In this document: piece after piece, positions 1 through 9,417 of the stretch
Layout: each line of letters starts with the position of its first letter
Numbering within the stretch: the stretch's first letter is position 1
Program-made: the position numbers and the translations under genes
Notes under the pieces: generated by a model
Database searches by the model: none
Seen by the model: only the letters and a program-made list of their open reading frames with translations
What the model was told of the DNA's origin: nothing
DNA from: Thermodesulfobium acidiphilum
GTDB taxonomy: Bacteria; Thermodesulfobiota; Thermodesulfobiia; Thermodesulfobiales; Thermodesulfobiaceae
Direction: 5' to 3'
Assembly (NCBI RefSeq): GCF_003057965.1
Contig: NZ_CP020921.1
Location: 1,538,916 to 1,602,915 of the forward strand
Length of the DNA stretch: 64,000 nucleotides

Positions 1-98
1 CAAAAAAGAACTACATTGACTTTGTTTGAGGCATAAGCATACCCTGTTTTAAAACATAAAGAAAATAATACAATTAGAAATAATATCCTCGATTTAAT
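1..98 (-). CDS. 5' end of a secreted protein running off the window edge; possibly glycoside hydrolase family 57
   Basis: GGAGG (110-106), 7 nt spacer, then ATT opens IKSRILFLIVLFSLCFKTGYAYA-SNKVNVVLF(W): basic N-terminus, hydrophobic core, AxA cleavage site. KVNVVLFW resembles the start of the GH57 WHxHQP motif. Not in the ORF track. Confidence 0.5.
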   Translation of the reverse strand, partial: MKSRILFLIVLFSLCFKTGYAYASNKVNVVLF

Positions 99-160
99 AA
101 AGCTTCCTCCAACAAAGAATTAAGTAAATATAACACATTTTTATAAAAAAGTATAAAAAC

Positions 161-186
161 GGCAGGAGAAAAATACTTCTCCTGCC
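161..186 (-). terminator. Intrinsic terminator after cstA
   Basis: GGCAGGAGAA/TTCTCCTGCC stem followed by a T-rich run on the minus strand. Confidence 0.8.
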
Positions 187-197
187 AAAAATAACTA

Positions 198-2078
198 TTA
201 ATCGCTTGTAGATTTTACAGCGTCAGATCCCGAAAGTATCTTTAACCAAACTCTTATTGAATCGAAAAGTACCCATATTCCCATAGCAAGGAGTAATATT
301 GACAAAAATGCGTTAATTACTCCTGCTACATTCCCCTTCTGTGCCATCGGCAAGAATATATTGGCAAAATTCATCCATGCTGCAGTAAATGTGATCGTTA
401 CCATAAAGGCACCAGGGATCATTGTGACCAAAGAATAAGATATCTTTCTTGTTCTTCTTAAAATTTCAGTAGTAGCAATCAAGAGCGCAAGACAGGCCAA
501 AAGCTGGTTTGATGCACCAAACATAGGCCATATGGTGGAAACATTGCCAGAGTAAAGAAGGTAGCCCCAGAAAAACGAAACCAAAAAACCAGTTAACACA
601 ATACCGAAATTCCAGTGTATATCTTTGAATTTTGGAACAAATATACCCAAAAATTCTTGTAAAAGATATCTTCCAACCCTTGTACCCGCATCTACTGCAG
701 ATAATATAAACATTGCCTCAAACATAATTATAAAGTGATACCAATAACCCATCATACCAGTAAGAAACGGAACATTATCGAAAATATAAGCTATACCTGC
801 TGCAAGAGAAACAGCACCACCCGGTCTACCTACAAGATTTTCTCCTACCAATTGAGAAATATAAGCAACTTGCTGGGTATGCATACCAAGTTTCTGAAAA
901 ACAGCAGGTGCAGTATTTATAGCAAAATAGTCTCCTACAGGCAACACACAAGCAGCAATTAAAGCAAGGGCAGCAACAAAGCTTTCCATTATCATTGCGC
1001 CATACCCAATAAATCTTGCATCAGTTTCACAACTCAGCATTTTCGGTGTAGTACCAGTTCCAACCATACAGTGAAAACCAGATATAGCGCCACAAGCTAT
1101 TGTTATAAATAAATATGGGAATAGTGGACCCGGAATGATTGGACCTCCTCCACTTATAAATTTAGTGAATGGCGGCATTTGTAGCATTGGATGAGCTATT
1201 AATACTCCCAGAGCAATCGCCACTGCTACACCTATCTTCATATAACTGGACAAATAGTCTCTTGGCAAAAGAAGCATCCAAACTGGAAGTACAGATGCAA
1301 AAAAAGCGTAAGTTGGAAGCAAAATTTTCATTGTTTGTTCGCTATAAGTAAAGTATTTCGCAAACTCTGTACCAGGCACAATACTCCCAAGCCATGTTGC
1401 AACAAACAATAATATAACTCCAATTAAAGAGGCTTCACCTATTTTTCCAGGTCTAAAATGAAACATCCAAAACCCCATCAGAAATGCAATTGGAATTGTT
1501 AGACCTACAGTAACTGTCCCCCAGGGAGAACCCTTGAGAGCATTTACTACCGCAATGCTTAAACCAGCAAGAGTGAGAACCATTATAAGAAATATTGCAA
1601 GTGACATTACTCTACCAGTAGGAGTAGAGATTTCTTTTCTAGCAATTTCTGCAATAGACAAACCGCCCTGTCTTACAGATAAGACTAAAACAACAAAATC
1701 ATGTGTAGCACCAGCTATCACAGCACCTAAAACGATCCAAAGAAGTCCAGGCATAAAGCCCCACTGCGCAGCAAGAACCGGTCCAATCAATGGCCCTGCT
1801 CCTGCAATAGCCGCAAATTGATGCCCAAATAAAACATATTTATTTGTGGGCACATAATCTCTTCCGTCATTAATTTTACAGGCAGGCGTCTCTCTACCCG
1901 CATCTAAGCACATTACTTTGGCAGCGAGCCAGGCACTGTAATATCTATATCCAACCGCCCATAAACAGAATCCAAAAACCAGAAGTAAAATTGCGCTTGG
2001 AACACTCATAAGAAAAGAAAGAGCAAATAAAGCAAGTGCACAAAGTAAAACAACAGGCAAAACTACACTCATTTTCAT
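198..2078 (-). CDS. cstA: Carbon starvation protein A (peptide/pyruvate transporter)
   Basis: DGRDYVPT, LFGHQFAAIAGAGPLIGP and IACGAISGFH motifs; many TM helices. Confidence 0.95.
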   Translation of the reverse strand: MKMSVVLPVVLLCALALFALSFLMSVPSAILLLVFGFCLWAVGYRYYSAWLAAKVMCLDAGRETPACKINDGRDYVPTNKYVLFGHQFAAIAGAGPLIGPVLAAQWGFMPGLLWIVLGAVIAGATHDFVVLVLSVRQGGLSIAEIARKEISTPTGRVMSLAIFLIMVLTLAGLSIAVVNALKGSPWGTVTVGLTIPIAFLMGFWMFHFRPGKIGEASLIGVILLFVATWLGSIVPGTEFAKYFTYSEQTMKILLPTYAFFASVLPVWMLLLPRDYLSSYMKIGVAVAIALGVLIAHPMLQMPPFTKFISGGGPIIPGPLFPYLFITIACGAISGFHCMVGTGTTPKMLSCETDARFIGYGAMIMESFVAALALIAACVLPVGDYFAINTAPAVFQKLGMHTQQVAYISQLVGENLVGRPGGAVSLAAGIAYIFDNVPFLTGMMGYWYHFIIMFEAMFILSAVDAGTRVGRYLLQEFLGIFVPKFKDIHWNFGIVLTGFLVSFFWGYLLYSGNVSTIWPMFGASNQLLACLALLIATTEILRRTRKISYSLVTMIPGAFMVTITFTAAWMNFANIFLPMAQKGNVAGVINAFLSILLLAMGIWVLFDSIRVWLKILSGSDAVKSTSD

Positions 2079-2251
2079 ATTCTATTACCCCCATCTTTTT
2101 TATAAAACTAATATCAAAAAAATTTTGTGAGCATTTTCCACCCTCTTTCTATAAAATTCTCTATTTAACATTATACAAAGTATTTTCTAAAATAATAAAT
2201 TGATAAGAATATTCTGAATTATCTTATATATCTTTTCTAATAATAATAAAA

Positions 2252-2277
2252 AAAGAGGAAGATTTCTCTTCCTCTTA
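2252..2277 (-). terminator. Intrinsic terminator after the small ORF
   Basis: AAGAGGAAGA...TCTTCCTCTT inverted repeat with an A-run on the left side. Confidence 0.7.
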
Positions 2278-2297
2278 AGAGAAAAACTTTAAACTAT

Positions 2298-2510
2298 TTA
2301 GACTAAATTACTATTTTGCACAGTATTTGTTTTTGAGCGTAAGTTTGAAGTATTACTGCTTTCTTTTAACGGTTTAGAGTTTTGCGTTAGTTTGGATACC
2401 TGTTGGTTTACCATTGTTTCAAAAAGACTCGCCTTTTTATTGGGTGCTGTATTTTGTGTAATATTCGGTAGAGATCCAGAATCAATTTTGTTAAGGGCCA
2501 TTTCTCTCAC
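2298..2510 (-). CDS. Small low-complexity hypothetical protein (N/S/T/K-rich)
   Basis: SD GGGAG upstream and a terminator downstream; no recognisable domain. Confidence 0.55.
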   Translation of the reverse strand: MREMALNKIDSGSLPNITQNTAPNKKASLFETMVNQQVSKLTQNSKPLKESSNTSNLRSKTNTVQNSNLV

Positions 2511-2566
2511 TCCCTTTTAGTTTAATATTATTATTTATATTATACTACAAAGAGTATCAAAGCCTT

Positions 2567-3598
2567 TTATACTCCTGGGAGATTTATTGCGAAAAAGCCC
2601 TTTAATATATATCCAAATCCTACATATACTGCAAGAACTCCAAAAAGAATATAAAGAAAATTCATTGGCAAATACTTCTGTGTCTTAGGACCAATATATG
2701 CTCCAATTAGTATTCCTGCCATGCCTATAAGAATTGGTGGAGCTATCTTTATGCCAAACATTAACCAACCTACTATTGTTGAAAGCATGCCAAGGGTTAC
2801 TGCCATTACAGATGCGCCTGGAACAATATAGAAGGGAAGTCCAAGAACTATTGAGAGGAATGGAACATAAAGAAATCCTCCTCCTACACCAGCAACAGCA
2901 GATATAAATCCTACCACTACGCCAAACAAAAAAGGTCCGAAGTTTTTTACTTTGAAGTGTTCTCCAAAGAAGTCAAATTCTACTGCTGCTAATCCAAGCT
3001 TTAGGTTTTCAATACCTTTTAATTCACTAAGACGTCCTTCAGCTTTTAACTTCTTTACTTCCTCCTGGAATCTTTTTGCGGCATCTTTACCTTTGCTCTT
3101 TGTCTTTGCTGCAAAGGGGGTTACCTGATAAAACATAAATATAGACACAAGAAGCGTAAGACAACCAAATATGCCTATAACGCTTGACATGTTTAGCTTT
3201 CCACCTGTAAGCCATACCCCCGCTTGAGCTCCTAATACGCTGCCAATACCCATAGCAAGACCAGCAGTCCAGATCAGTCTCTTGTTCAAAAACCACTGTA
3301 TGGTACCCATAGTAGTGTTTACGCTTGTAATAAGTGAGTTAGATAACCTTATATTATCTGACAAATACTTACCTGAATCTATTTCTTTACCACCAACTGA
3401 AGCCTTTATGCCTTTTAAAGAACTAGCCTTTGCACCAAGACCCAATACAGAAATATGGCCAAAACCTGCCATAATACCCCCAAAAGCACCTACAGTTGCC
3501 ATAATCCAACCGTTCCAAATTGACCAAAGAAAATATACTACTGCATCAATCTGAACCTTTTGATCACCAATTTGAAGCCAATCTACTGGAAAGATCAT
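2567..3598 (-). CDS. TauE/SafE family (TSUP) sulfur-anion transporter
   Basis: GFISAVAGVGGGFLYVP repeat motif, multi-TM, SD AGGAGG. Confidence 0.85.
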   Translation of the reverse strand: MIFPVDWLQIGDQKVQIDAVVYFLWSIWNGWIMATVGAFGGIMAGFGHISVLGLGAKASSLKGIKASVGGKEIDSGKYLSDNIRLSNSLITSVNTTMGTIQWFLNKRLIWTAGLAMGIGSVLGAQAGVWLTGGKLNMSSVIGIFGCLTLLVSIFMFYQVTPFAAKTKSKGKDAAKRFQEEVKKLKAEGRLSELKGIENLKLGLAAVEFDFFGEHFKVKNFGPFLFGVVVGFISAVAGVGGGFLYVPFLSIVLGLPFYIVPGASVMAVTLGMLSTIVGWLMFGIKIAPPILIGMAGILIGAYIGPKTQKYLPMNFLYILFGVLAVYVGFGYILKGFFAINLPGV

Positions 3599-3638
3599 AT
3601 TGCCTCCTTTCTAAGATATTATAAATTTTGATAAAGAA

Positions 3639-4427
3639 CTAATTAGCAACTTCTCCCTTTCTAAATACTATTAATGGACAATTTTTACAAACATCTGAAC
3701 CAGGAAATTCATCTCCAGGTCTTACTATAGATACGCTCCCATACTTTTCAATTCTCTCATTGAACCAGGAAACCAAATCTTTTATATCTTCGCCAGGAAT
3801 TACTACGTTAGTCTCGCCTCTCTCAGTCTTACCAGCGTTATAACTACCACTGCAAGCGGGATGTGTTGAAGCAAGTTTCGTATTATAAACATAAACATTA
3901 CCAGCACAAGCTGCAGAGTTCATCGTAACATTCGGTTTCATTGGATGAATATCTCTTAGTGCCATCCAACCCACGCTAAGTTGATAAGCTTGCATATTAT
4001 CACAATAGAAATGAACGACATCTGGGTCAAAATAGGTTTTTCCAAGAGGAGAAACTACAATCGCCTTTAATTTTCCTTCTTCTAATCGTGGCTTAGAAAG
4101 AAGAAATTTTTCAGCCTGTTTCATATCTCTTACATACTTTAAATGACTCTTTACCTCTGCCTCATCAAAACCCTTCCACCCAAATACATACGCTGCATTA
4201 GAACAACCCAAAGCTTCTTTTTCCTGCAGAACTGTAATCCCTTTCATTCTTGGCCCAATTTCTGCCTGACAAAAGGTAAGAGGCTTATTTGGCACGTAAT
4301 AATCCTTTACATTTTTTTTAAAATCCTGTAATTCTTCATCTTTAAAAATAAATTTCACAGCTACAGGAAAATGCATAAACCTAAATTCTTTCATAAGAAA
4401 GTCTTGAATCTCAGAATAGTTTTTCAT
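3639..4427 (-). CDS. DUF169 family protein
   Basis: PVAVKF, TFCQ, GCSNA, AACAG, ACSGS conserved Cys pattern and C-terminal CKNC. Start corrected to ATG 4427 (SD AGGAGGG). Confidence 0.85.
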   Translation of the reverse strand: MKNYSEIQDFLMKEFRFMHFPVAVKFIFKDEELQDFKKNVKDYYVPNKPLTFCQAEIGPRMKGITVLQEKEALGCSNAAYVFGWKGFDEAEVKSHLKYVRDMKQAEKFLLSKPRLEEGKLKAIVVSPLGKTYFDPDVVHFYCDNMQAYQLSVGWMALRDIHPMKPNVTMNSAACAGNVYVYNTKLASTHPACSGSYNAGKTERGETNVVIPGEDIKDLVSWFNERIEKYGSVSIVRPGDEFPGSDVCKNCPLIVFRKGEVAN

Positions 4428-4512
4428 AATCCCTCCTAATTTATTAATATGCTTAATATATAAATTATTATTTTTTATAAAAAATTTTTCAGTCATATCT
4501 ATTGCTAAAAAA

Positions 4513-4528
4513 TGTCATCTATATTACA
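4513..4528. promoter_or_regulatory. Putative Crp/CooA-type operator TGTCA-N6-TTACA
   Basis: Imperfect palindrome in the divergent intergenic region next to a Crp/Fnr gene. Confidence 0.5.
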
Positions 4529-4580
4529 CTATAATTGTATAGTAAAATATATTTATAGACTTAATTAAGAGGGAGATAAT

Positions 4581-5255
4581 TTGGATAATATTTTGTTCTT
4601 AGATAAAGAACTTAAAGAATTTACAGAACAAGAGTGGTCTAAACTTTTAGAAAAAGCAATCGTTATGAAACTTCCTAAGGGTTCTACTGTTTTTTCTACA
4701 TCAGAGAAATCTCAAGGAGTTTTTATAATCAAATCTGGATGGGTAAAGATATCAAGAATTTCAAAAGATGGCAAAGAATCTGTTGTCGGTTGTATAAGAA
4801 ATCCAAAAGAAATTATAGGATTAGCTGAAGTTTTATTAAATAAAAATAGAACTTGCAATGCAGTTGCTATTACGGATATAGAAATAGGTTTCGTAAAAAC
4901 AGAAGATTTTTACAATCTAATAAAAGAAAATTTTGATATTTCTCTTAAAGTAATGAAACTTTTAGCTGAACGCATGAGAGAAGCAGAAGAGAATGTACAC
5001 AATCTAAGCTCCAAATATGTTTCAAAGAGGCTTGCTTCCTTTTTGTACAAAGCTTCTTTCAAATGGGGGATAGACGATAAAGATGGTATAAAAATTCCTC
5101 TAAATTTAACACATGAAGAAATTGCTCAGGTAGTAGGAACAAGTAGACAGACAACTACAAAAGCTCTTAATATATTACAAAAAAACGGCATTATAAAATT
5201 GGAAAAAAAACAAATAAAAATACTTGATGTAAAAAAACTTTTAAGTTATAGATAA
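4581..5255 (+). CDS. Crp/Fnr family transcriptional regulator
   Basis: cNMP-like beta-barrel and HTH LTHEEIAQVVGTSRQTTTKAL. Confidence 0.93.
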   Translation: MDNILFLDKELKEFTEQEWSKLLEKAIVMKLPKGSTVFSTSEKSQGVFIIKSGWVKISRISKDGKESVVGCIRNPKEIIGLAEVLLNKNRTCNAVAITDIEIGFVKTEDFYNLIKENFDISLKVMKLLAERMREAEENVHNLSSKYVSKRLASFLYKASFKWGIDDKDGIKIPLNLTHEEIAQVVGTSRQTTTKALNILQKNGIIKLEKKQIKILDVKKLLSYR

Positions 5256-5257
5256 GT

Positions 5258-5283
5258 AAAGATCCGGGACTTCCCGGATCTTT
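5258..5283. terminator. Bidirectional terminator between convergent genes
   Basis: AAAGATCCGGGA CT TCCCGGATCTTT hairpin. Confidence 0.85.
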
Positions 5284-5291
5284 ATAAAAGG

Positions 5292-6053
5292 CTATGTTTT
5301 TTTAGGTTCAAGAGTTTTTTTAATCCTGAACATAAAAAACAAGTAATCCATACCAAACTTCAAAAGTTCTTCATCATTTTTCTTCATCGTTTCAATTCGT
5401 ACCTTGCTTATTTCGAAAATATCCAGAAATTTAGTATCAAAGACAAATTTTCTAAATTTGTCCAGATCATAAATTGCCATAAAATACAACGAAGCTTCCT
5501 TCTCGTTAAATGGTTCTACTCCCATCACATTTCTTCTAAGAACAAATTCAAGCCAATCTTTGTTCTTCTCTAATAAATAATCTGCTTTTTGATCTTGTAA
5601 CCAATCCCCTACTGTAAATTCTTTGCCTTGAGAAAAACCTTTACAGAATTTTTCTCTAATAAAAAAGAAAAATTCATCTTCAGGATTTGGATCATCCTTT
5701 TTTCTTAAGGCAGCTATTCCGATAGGATAGGTCCTACAAAGAAGTGGCCTGTTTTGATAAATGCCACAACCTTCCTCTTTACTAAAAACACAAACTCTCT
5801 CGTTAGGTTTTAGCATAATTTGAACCATTGGGATCTTAGTTTTCGGATCAATAATTACTTTAGTGTTATTTTGTAAGAATTCTCCTGAGGACTGCCCAAG
5901 AGCAGTCCTCATTTCCAACACGTCGTAGGGAGTTAAAAGTATATCAACATCTCTGCAACATAAATTCCAACAACTTAAATCTTTATTACAACTAAACGTG
6001 AACTTAGAAGACCTATCCAGTGCTACCCTTTCAACAACATCCATATTAGGCAT
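5292..6053 (-). CDS. YkgJ family (CxxCxxCC-like) cysteine-cluster protein
   Basis: FSCNKDLSCWNLCC...CVF...GCGIYQNRPLLCRTYP. Confidence 0.88.
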   Translation of the reverse strand: MPNMDVVERVALDRSSKFTFSCNKDLSCWNLCCRDVDILLTPYDVLEMRTALGQSSGEFLQNNTKVIIDPKTKIPMVQIMLKPNERVCVFSKEEGCGIYQNRPLLCRTYPIGIAALRKKDDPNPEDEFFFFIREKFCKGFSQGKEFTVGDWLQDQKADYLLEKNKDWLEFVLRRNVMGVEPFNEKEASLYFMAIYDLDKFRKFVFDTKFLDIFEISKVRIETMKKNDEELLKFGMDYLFFMFRIKKTLEPKKT

Positions 6054-6073
6054 AAAGAGACCCCTTTTCTAAG

Positions 6074-7261
6074 CTATTCCTTAAGACCATCTGGTTCTCC
6101 ACGATTGGCTAAATTAGAATATGCAAGAGCTAAAGTTCTATAAGCAAGGTGTGCAATTTTAAAGAAAGGCGCATATATAAACAAAAACATAACAAATGTA
6201 AGATGAATAAAATATGTCCAATATGCAATGCTTGCAAGGTTCATAAGTCTAAAGATCTCCGCCCCCATTCCGGTAAGCCCAAGCCCTGCTACAACGATCA
6301 ACAAAAGCCAATCAAAACTTGAATTCGCACCAACTTTAAGGGTTGATCTTGTATTTATCATCCAGATTGCCCCTATAATTAGTGCTATTCCAGAAACGTT
6401 ACCAAGTATTTTTACAGGATCATATAAGGGATATGGGGAAGGATACCTCAAAACCCACTCATATACCGATGCAGTAGCAGTTGTAAGGAATAGACCCACA
6501 AAAGACCAAAAAACAAGTAAATGAGTAGTAGATCTGACCTTCATAGTATCACAAAGTTTAAACCTTACAGAAGTAAGCGCTTCCCAAATAATACTAGCAA
6601 ATAACCCTATAATACTACCTTGAAACATAACAGGATAAGGTCTTTCAGAATTTAAAGCCTTCCAATAGTTAGATAAACCTATCCAAAAACAAATTACAGC
6701 AAACAAGGCAGCTGGCAAAAAGAAGATATCTATTCCAGTTACAGTTGGAAACAATTTTGCAAAAACAATTTTACCTGCAGTTGAATGCTCGCCCTCAATT
6801 GATAGATTTACTAGAGCCTGTGGATTTACAAGATATTGTAATTTCCCATTGAGCATAAGATCTATCAAGAGTATAACCACTGGCAAAAAAAAGGCAAACG
6901 GCCACATTGCAGGTTTGCTTACAAGTTTAGCCAAAAATTTTACAGGCGCATACTCTTCTATTGTAATTTTTCTTAAAGCACCCAAAACATCACCAGGCTT
7001 TGCACCTCTTGGACAGTACGCTGTACAATCTGCACACTGATGACATAGCCAGATATCAGCGTCTTTAAGAAGTGCATCTTTCATTCCCCACTGTGCCATA
7101 ACCATTTCTTTTCTTGGAAATGGTGAATTATTAGGAGCAAGATTACAAACAACAGAACACGTAGCGCATTGATAACACTTTTTAACGCTATCGCCTCCGT
7201 TAGCAATAATTTCCTTTATGAAATCTAAATCAGTCTTTACAATTTTTTTCGCCATTTTCAT
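6074..7261 (-). CDS. qmoC: Quinone-interacting membrane oxidoreductase subunit C
   Basis: N-terminal CYQCATCSVVC and CHQCADCTAYCP clusters plus a heme-b TM domain; follows qmoB. Confidence 0.95.
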   Translation of the reverse strand: MKMAKKIVKTDLDFIKEIIANGGDSVKKCYQCATCSVVCNLAPNNSPFPRKEMVMAQWGMKDALLKDADIWLCHQCADCTAYCPRGAKPGDVLGALRKITIEEYAPVKFLAKLVSKPAMWPFAFFLPVVILLIDLMLNGKLQYLVNPQALVNLSIEGEHSTAGKIVFAKLFPTVTGIDIFFLPAALFAVICFWIGLSNYWKALNSERPYPVMFQGSIIGLFASIIWEALTSVRFKLCDTMKVRSTTHLLVFWSFVGLFLTTATASVYEWVLRYPSPYPLYDPVKILGNVSGIALIIGAIWMINTRSTLKVGANSSFDWLLLIVVAGLGLTGMGAEIFRLMNLASIAYWTYFIHLTFVMFLFIYAPFFKIAHLAYRTLALAYSNLANRGEPDGLKE

Positions 7262-7267
7262 CCTCCC

Positions 7268-9415
7268 CTAAAAGCCCTTGAATGGGTTAGGACCAATTTC
7301 TTTAACCCTTTCAACATAACCTTTTAGAATATCAGCTATATTCACGTAATCAGAGATCTGAACCTGCATCATCTCTACCCTTTCAGATTCAAGACCAAGC
7401 CTATCAAGAGTCTCTCCTACTTTTCCAAACCTATAGTTACAAAGTTCTGATCCCTTGATGTAGTGACATTGATAATTTTCACCAAACTTACAGCCTAAAA
7501 CTAATGCGCCATCCAAGCCATTCCCAAGCCCATCAGCAATCCAGACAAGGTTCATATTTCCTGCACATCTAAGAGAAATAAACCTAATACCAGGTGGAAA
7601 CCTATGCCTCAAGAAAGCCGCAGCATCAAGAGCAGGATAAGCATCGTTTTCACAGACAAAGGCTAGATAACGGAGTTTTTCCTCGTCATCTTCTGGAACT
7701 TCAATCTCTTTTATCATTGAATTAACCATATCAATCGAAAAGTCGTGGAAAGAAACGATCCTTTCAGGACATGCGCCCATACAGGTTCCGCATCTTCTAC
7801 AACGGTTAAATTTGTAGAATGGGGTTCCTTTTTCATCTTCATCTATTGCGCCAAATGGACACTCTTCGGTACAACGTTTACAGGAAGTACACCTTTGCAT
7901 AAATACCTGTGGATAAGACTTCTCCCATCCTCTTGGATGAACAGCTATACCTCTCTCATAGTGCCACATACATTGAATTGCTTTTAGCGCCGCTCCTATG
8001 GAGTCCTGTATACATCCATACGTTTCCATCGGAGCCCTTATTGTTCCACATGGGTATATCCCAGTTCTTCTACTCTCATATGGAAAACATACATAATTTG
8101 AGTCAGGATAATAACCAGTATCAAGTAAAGGAAGTTCAAGCCCTTGTCTATATTGTAAATTCAAAATATCAGGTTTCTCTTGATTTGCATTAGAAACCAT
8201 ACCTACCACAAGAACAACTAAATCTGCTTCAATAGAGAGTTCATCTCCAAGCAAGGTGTCAGTTACGTCAACGTTTAAGGAAGAATCCTCTCCTAAAGAA
8301 ATCTCTTTAATTTCACATTTTGTAAGTAGTATTCCTGGATCATTTTGAAGTTCTTTATAGAATAATTCGAATTGAGATGGCGTTCTTATATCTTTATAAA
8401 GCACATAGGCGATTCCATCGTTGATATCTCTTACATATTTTGCTTGTTTTAGAGATGCAGCACAACAATATCCAGAACAATATGGGAGATGCTCTGGGTC
8501 CCTTGAACCAGCACACAGCACGAAGGCGACTCTTTTAGCAGTTTTACCGTCAGATGGCCTCGTAATCTTTCCAGTTTCTCTCACCATTCTTTCAAAATCT
8601 ACATTAGAGATAACATCAGGCGAAACTCCAAATCCTAATTTACCAAGTTTTGAAGCATCATAAGGAGTGAAACCAGCTGCGGCTATTATAGTCCCAAATC
8701 TTTTTACCCTTTCTTCACCAGCTACATTTAAAGTAACGTCAAAAAGTCCAGGCATTCCTTCAGTTTTAACGATCTTAGTGTTTAGTAAAACAGTTATATT
8801 AGGGTCAGATTCTACATCTTTAATCATCTTAAATACCGCAGGCTCTTCAAGTGAGGTAAATGGATATTTTGTTGGAGTAGTCTTATACCATTTTGCAGCC
8901 CAACCTCCAAGTTTGTCTTCCTTCTCAATTACTGTAACTTTAAAACCAGCCTTTGAAGATTCGATAGCAGCTGAAAGACCAGACGTACCTCCACCCACAA
9001 CCAGGATCTCTTCTGATAGGTCTTCACCAATCCATGGTTCAGGCAAATTAGTCTTCTCTGCTTTAACAATGCCCATACGAAGGTAGTCTTGTGCTGCCAT
9101 CTGTGCATCATCGCTCTTTGGTTCCATAACCCAGGCAACAAATTCTCTAATGTTTACGCGCTCGACAATACATCCAGGAAAATTAAATATATCAGTTTTC
9201 ACTCTCGGACTGCAAGCAGCAATAACTACTGTATTTATACCCTCATTAGCAATATCATTTTTTATTTCTTCTACAAAGGTAGGGCCGCAAACATTTGCAC
9301 TTGTTTTAACTACAGATACGCCTTTTTCTTTAGCAATTTCTACCAGTTTTTCAATATCAACTGCATCGCCAATCTCGCATCCAGAACAAATATAAACACC
9401 TATTTTCTTATCCAT
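7268..9415 (-). CDS. qmoB: QmoB (HdrA-like FAD/FeS domain plus MvhD-like domain)
   Basis: ACSPR, GGGTSG, CAGSRD..LPYCS, 2x4Fe-4S, CENDAYPALD. Confidence 0.95.
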   Translation of the reverse strand: MDKKIGVYICSGCEIGDAVDIEKLVEIAKEKGVSVVKTSANVCGPTFVEEIKNDIANEGINTVVIAACSPRVKTDIFNFPGCIVERVNIREFVAWVMEPKSDDAQMAAQDYLRMGIVKAEKTNLPEPWIGEDLSEEILVVGGGTSGLSAAIESSKAGFKVTVIEKEDKLGGWAAKWYKTTPTKYPFTSLEEPAVFKMIKDVESDPNITVLLNTKIVKTEGMPGLFDVTLNVAGEERVKRFGTIIAAAGFTPYDASKLGKLGFGVSPDVISNVDFERMVRETGKITRPSDGKTAKRVAFVLCAGSRDPEHLPYCSGYCCAASLKQAKYVRDINDGIAYVLYKDIRTPSQFELFYKELQNDPGILLTKCEIKEISLGEDSSLNVDVTDTLLGDELSIEADLVVLVVGMVSNANQEKPDILNLQYRQGLELPLLDTGYYPDSNYVCFPYESRRTGIYPCGTIRAPMETYGCIQDSIGAALKAIQCMWHYERGIAVHPRGWEKSYPQVFMQRCTSCKRCTEECPFGAIDEDEKGTPFYKFNRCRRCGTCMGACPERIVSFHDFSIDMVNSMIKEIEVPEDDEEKLRYLAFVCENDAYPALDAAAFLRHRFPPGIRFISLRCAGNMNLVWIADGLGNGLDGALVLGCKFGENYQCHYIKGSELCNYRFGKVGETLDRLGLESERVEMMQVQISDYVNIADILKGYVERVKEIGPNPFKGF

Positions 9416-9417
9416 TA

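Noticed and set aside
4428-4496. ORF-track N-terminal extensions (DUF169 from 4496; likewise paaK 17243, pxpA 52963, grx 28544)
   Set aside because: Downstream ATGs match the SD position and/or the family N-terminus better
4581-5255. Calling the Crp regulator CooA
   Set aside because: Only the recognition helix is CooA-like; heme ligands are not evident and no coo genes are nearby
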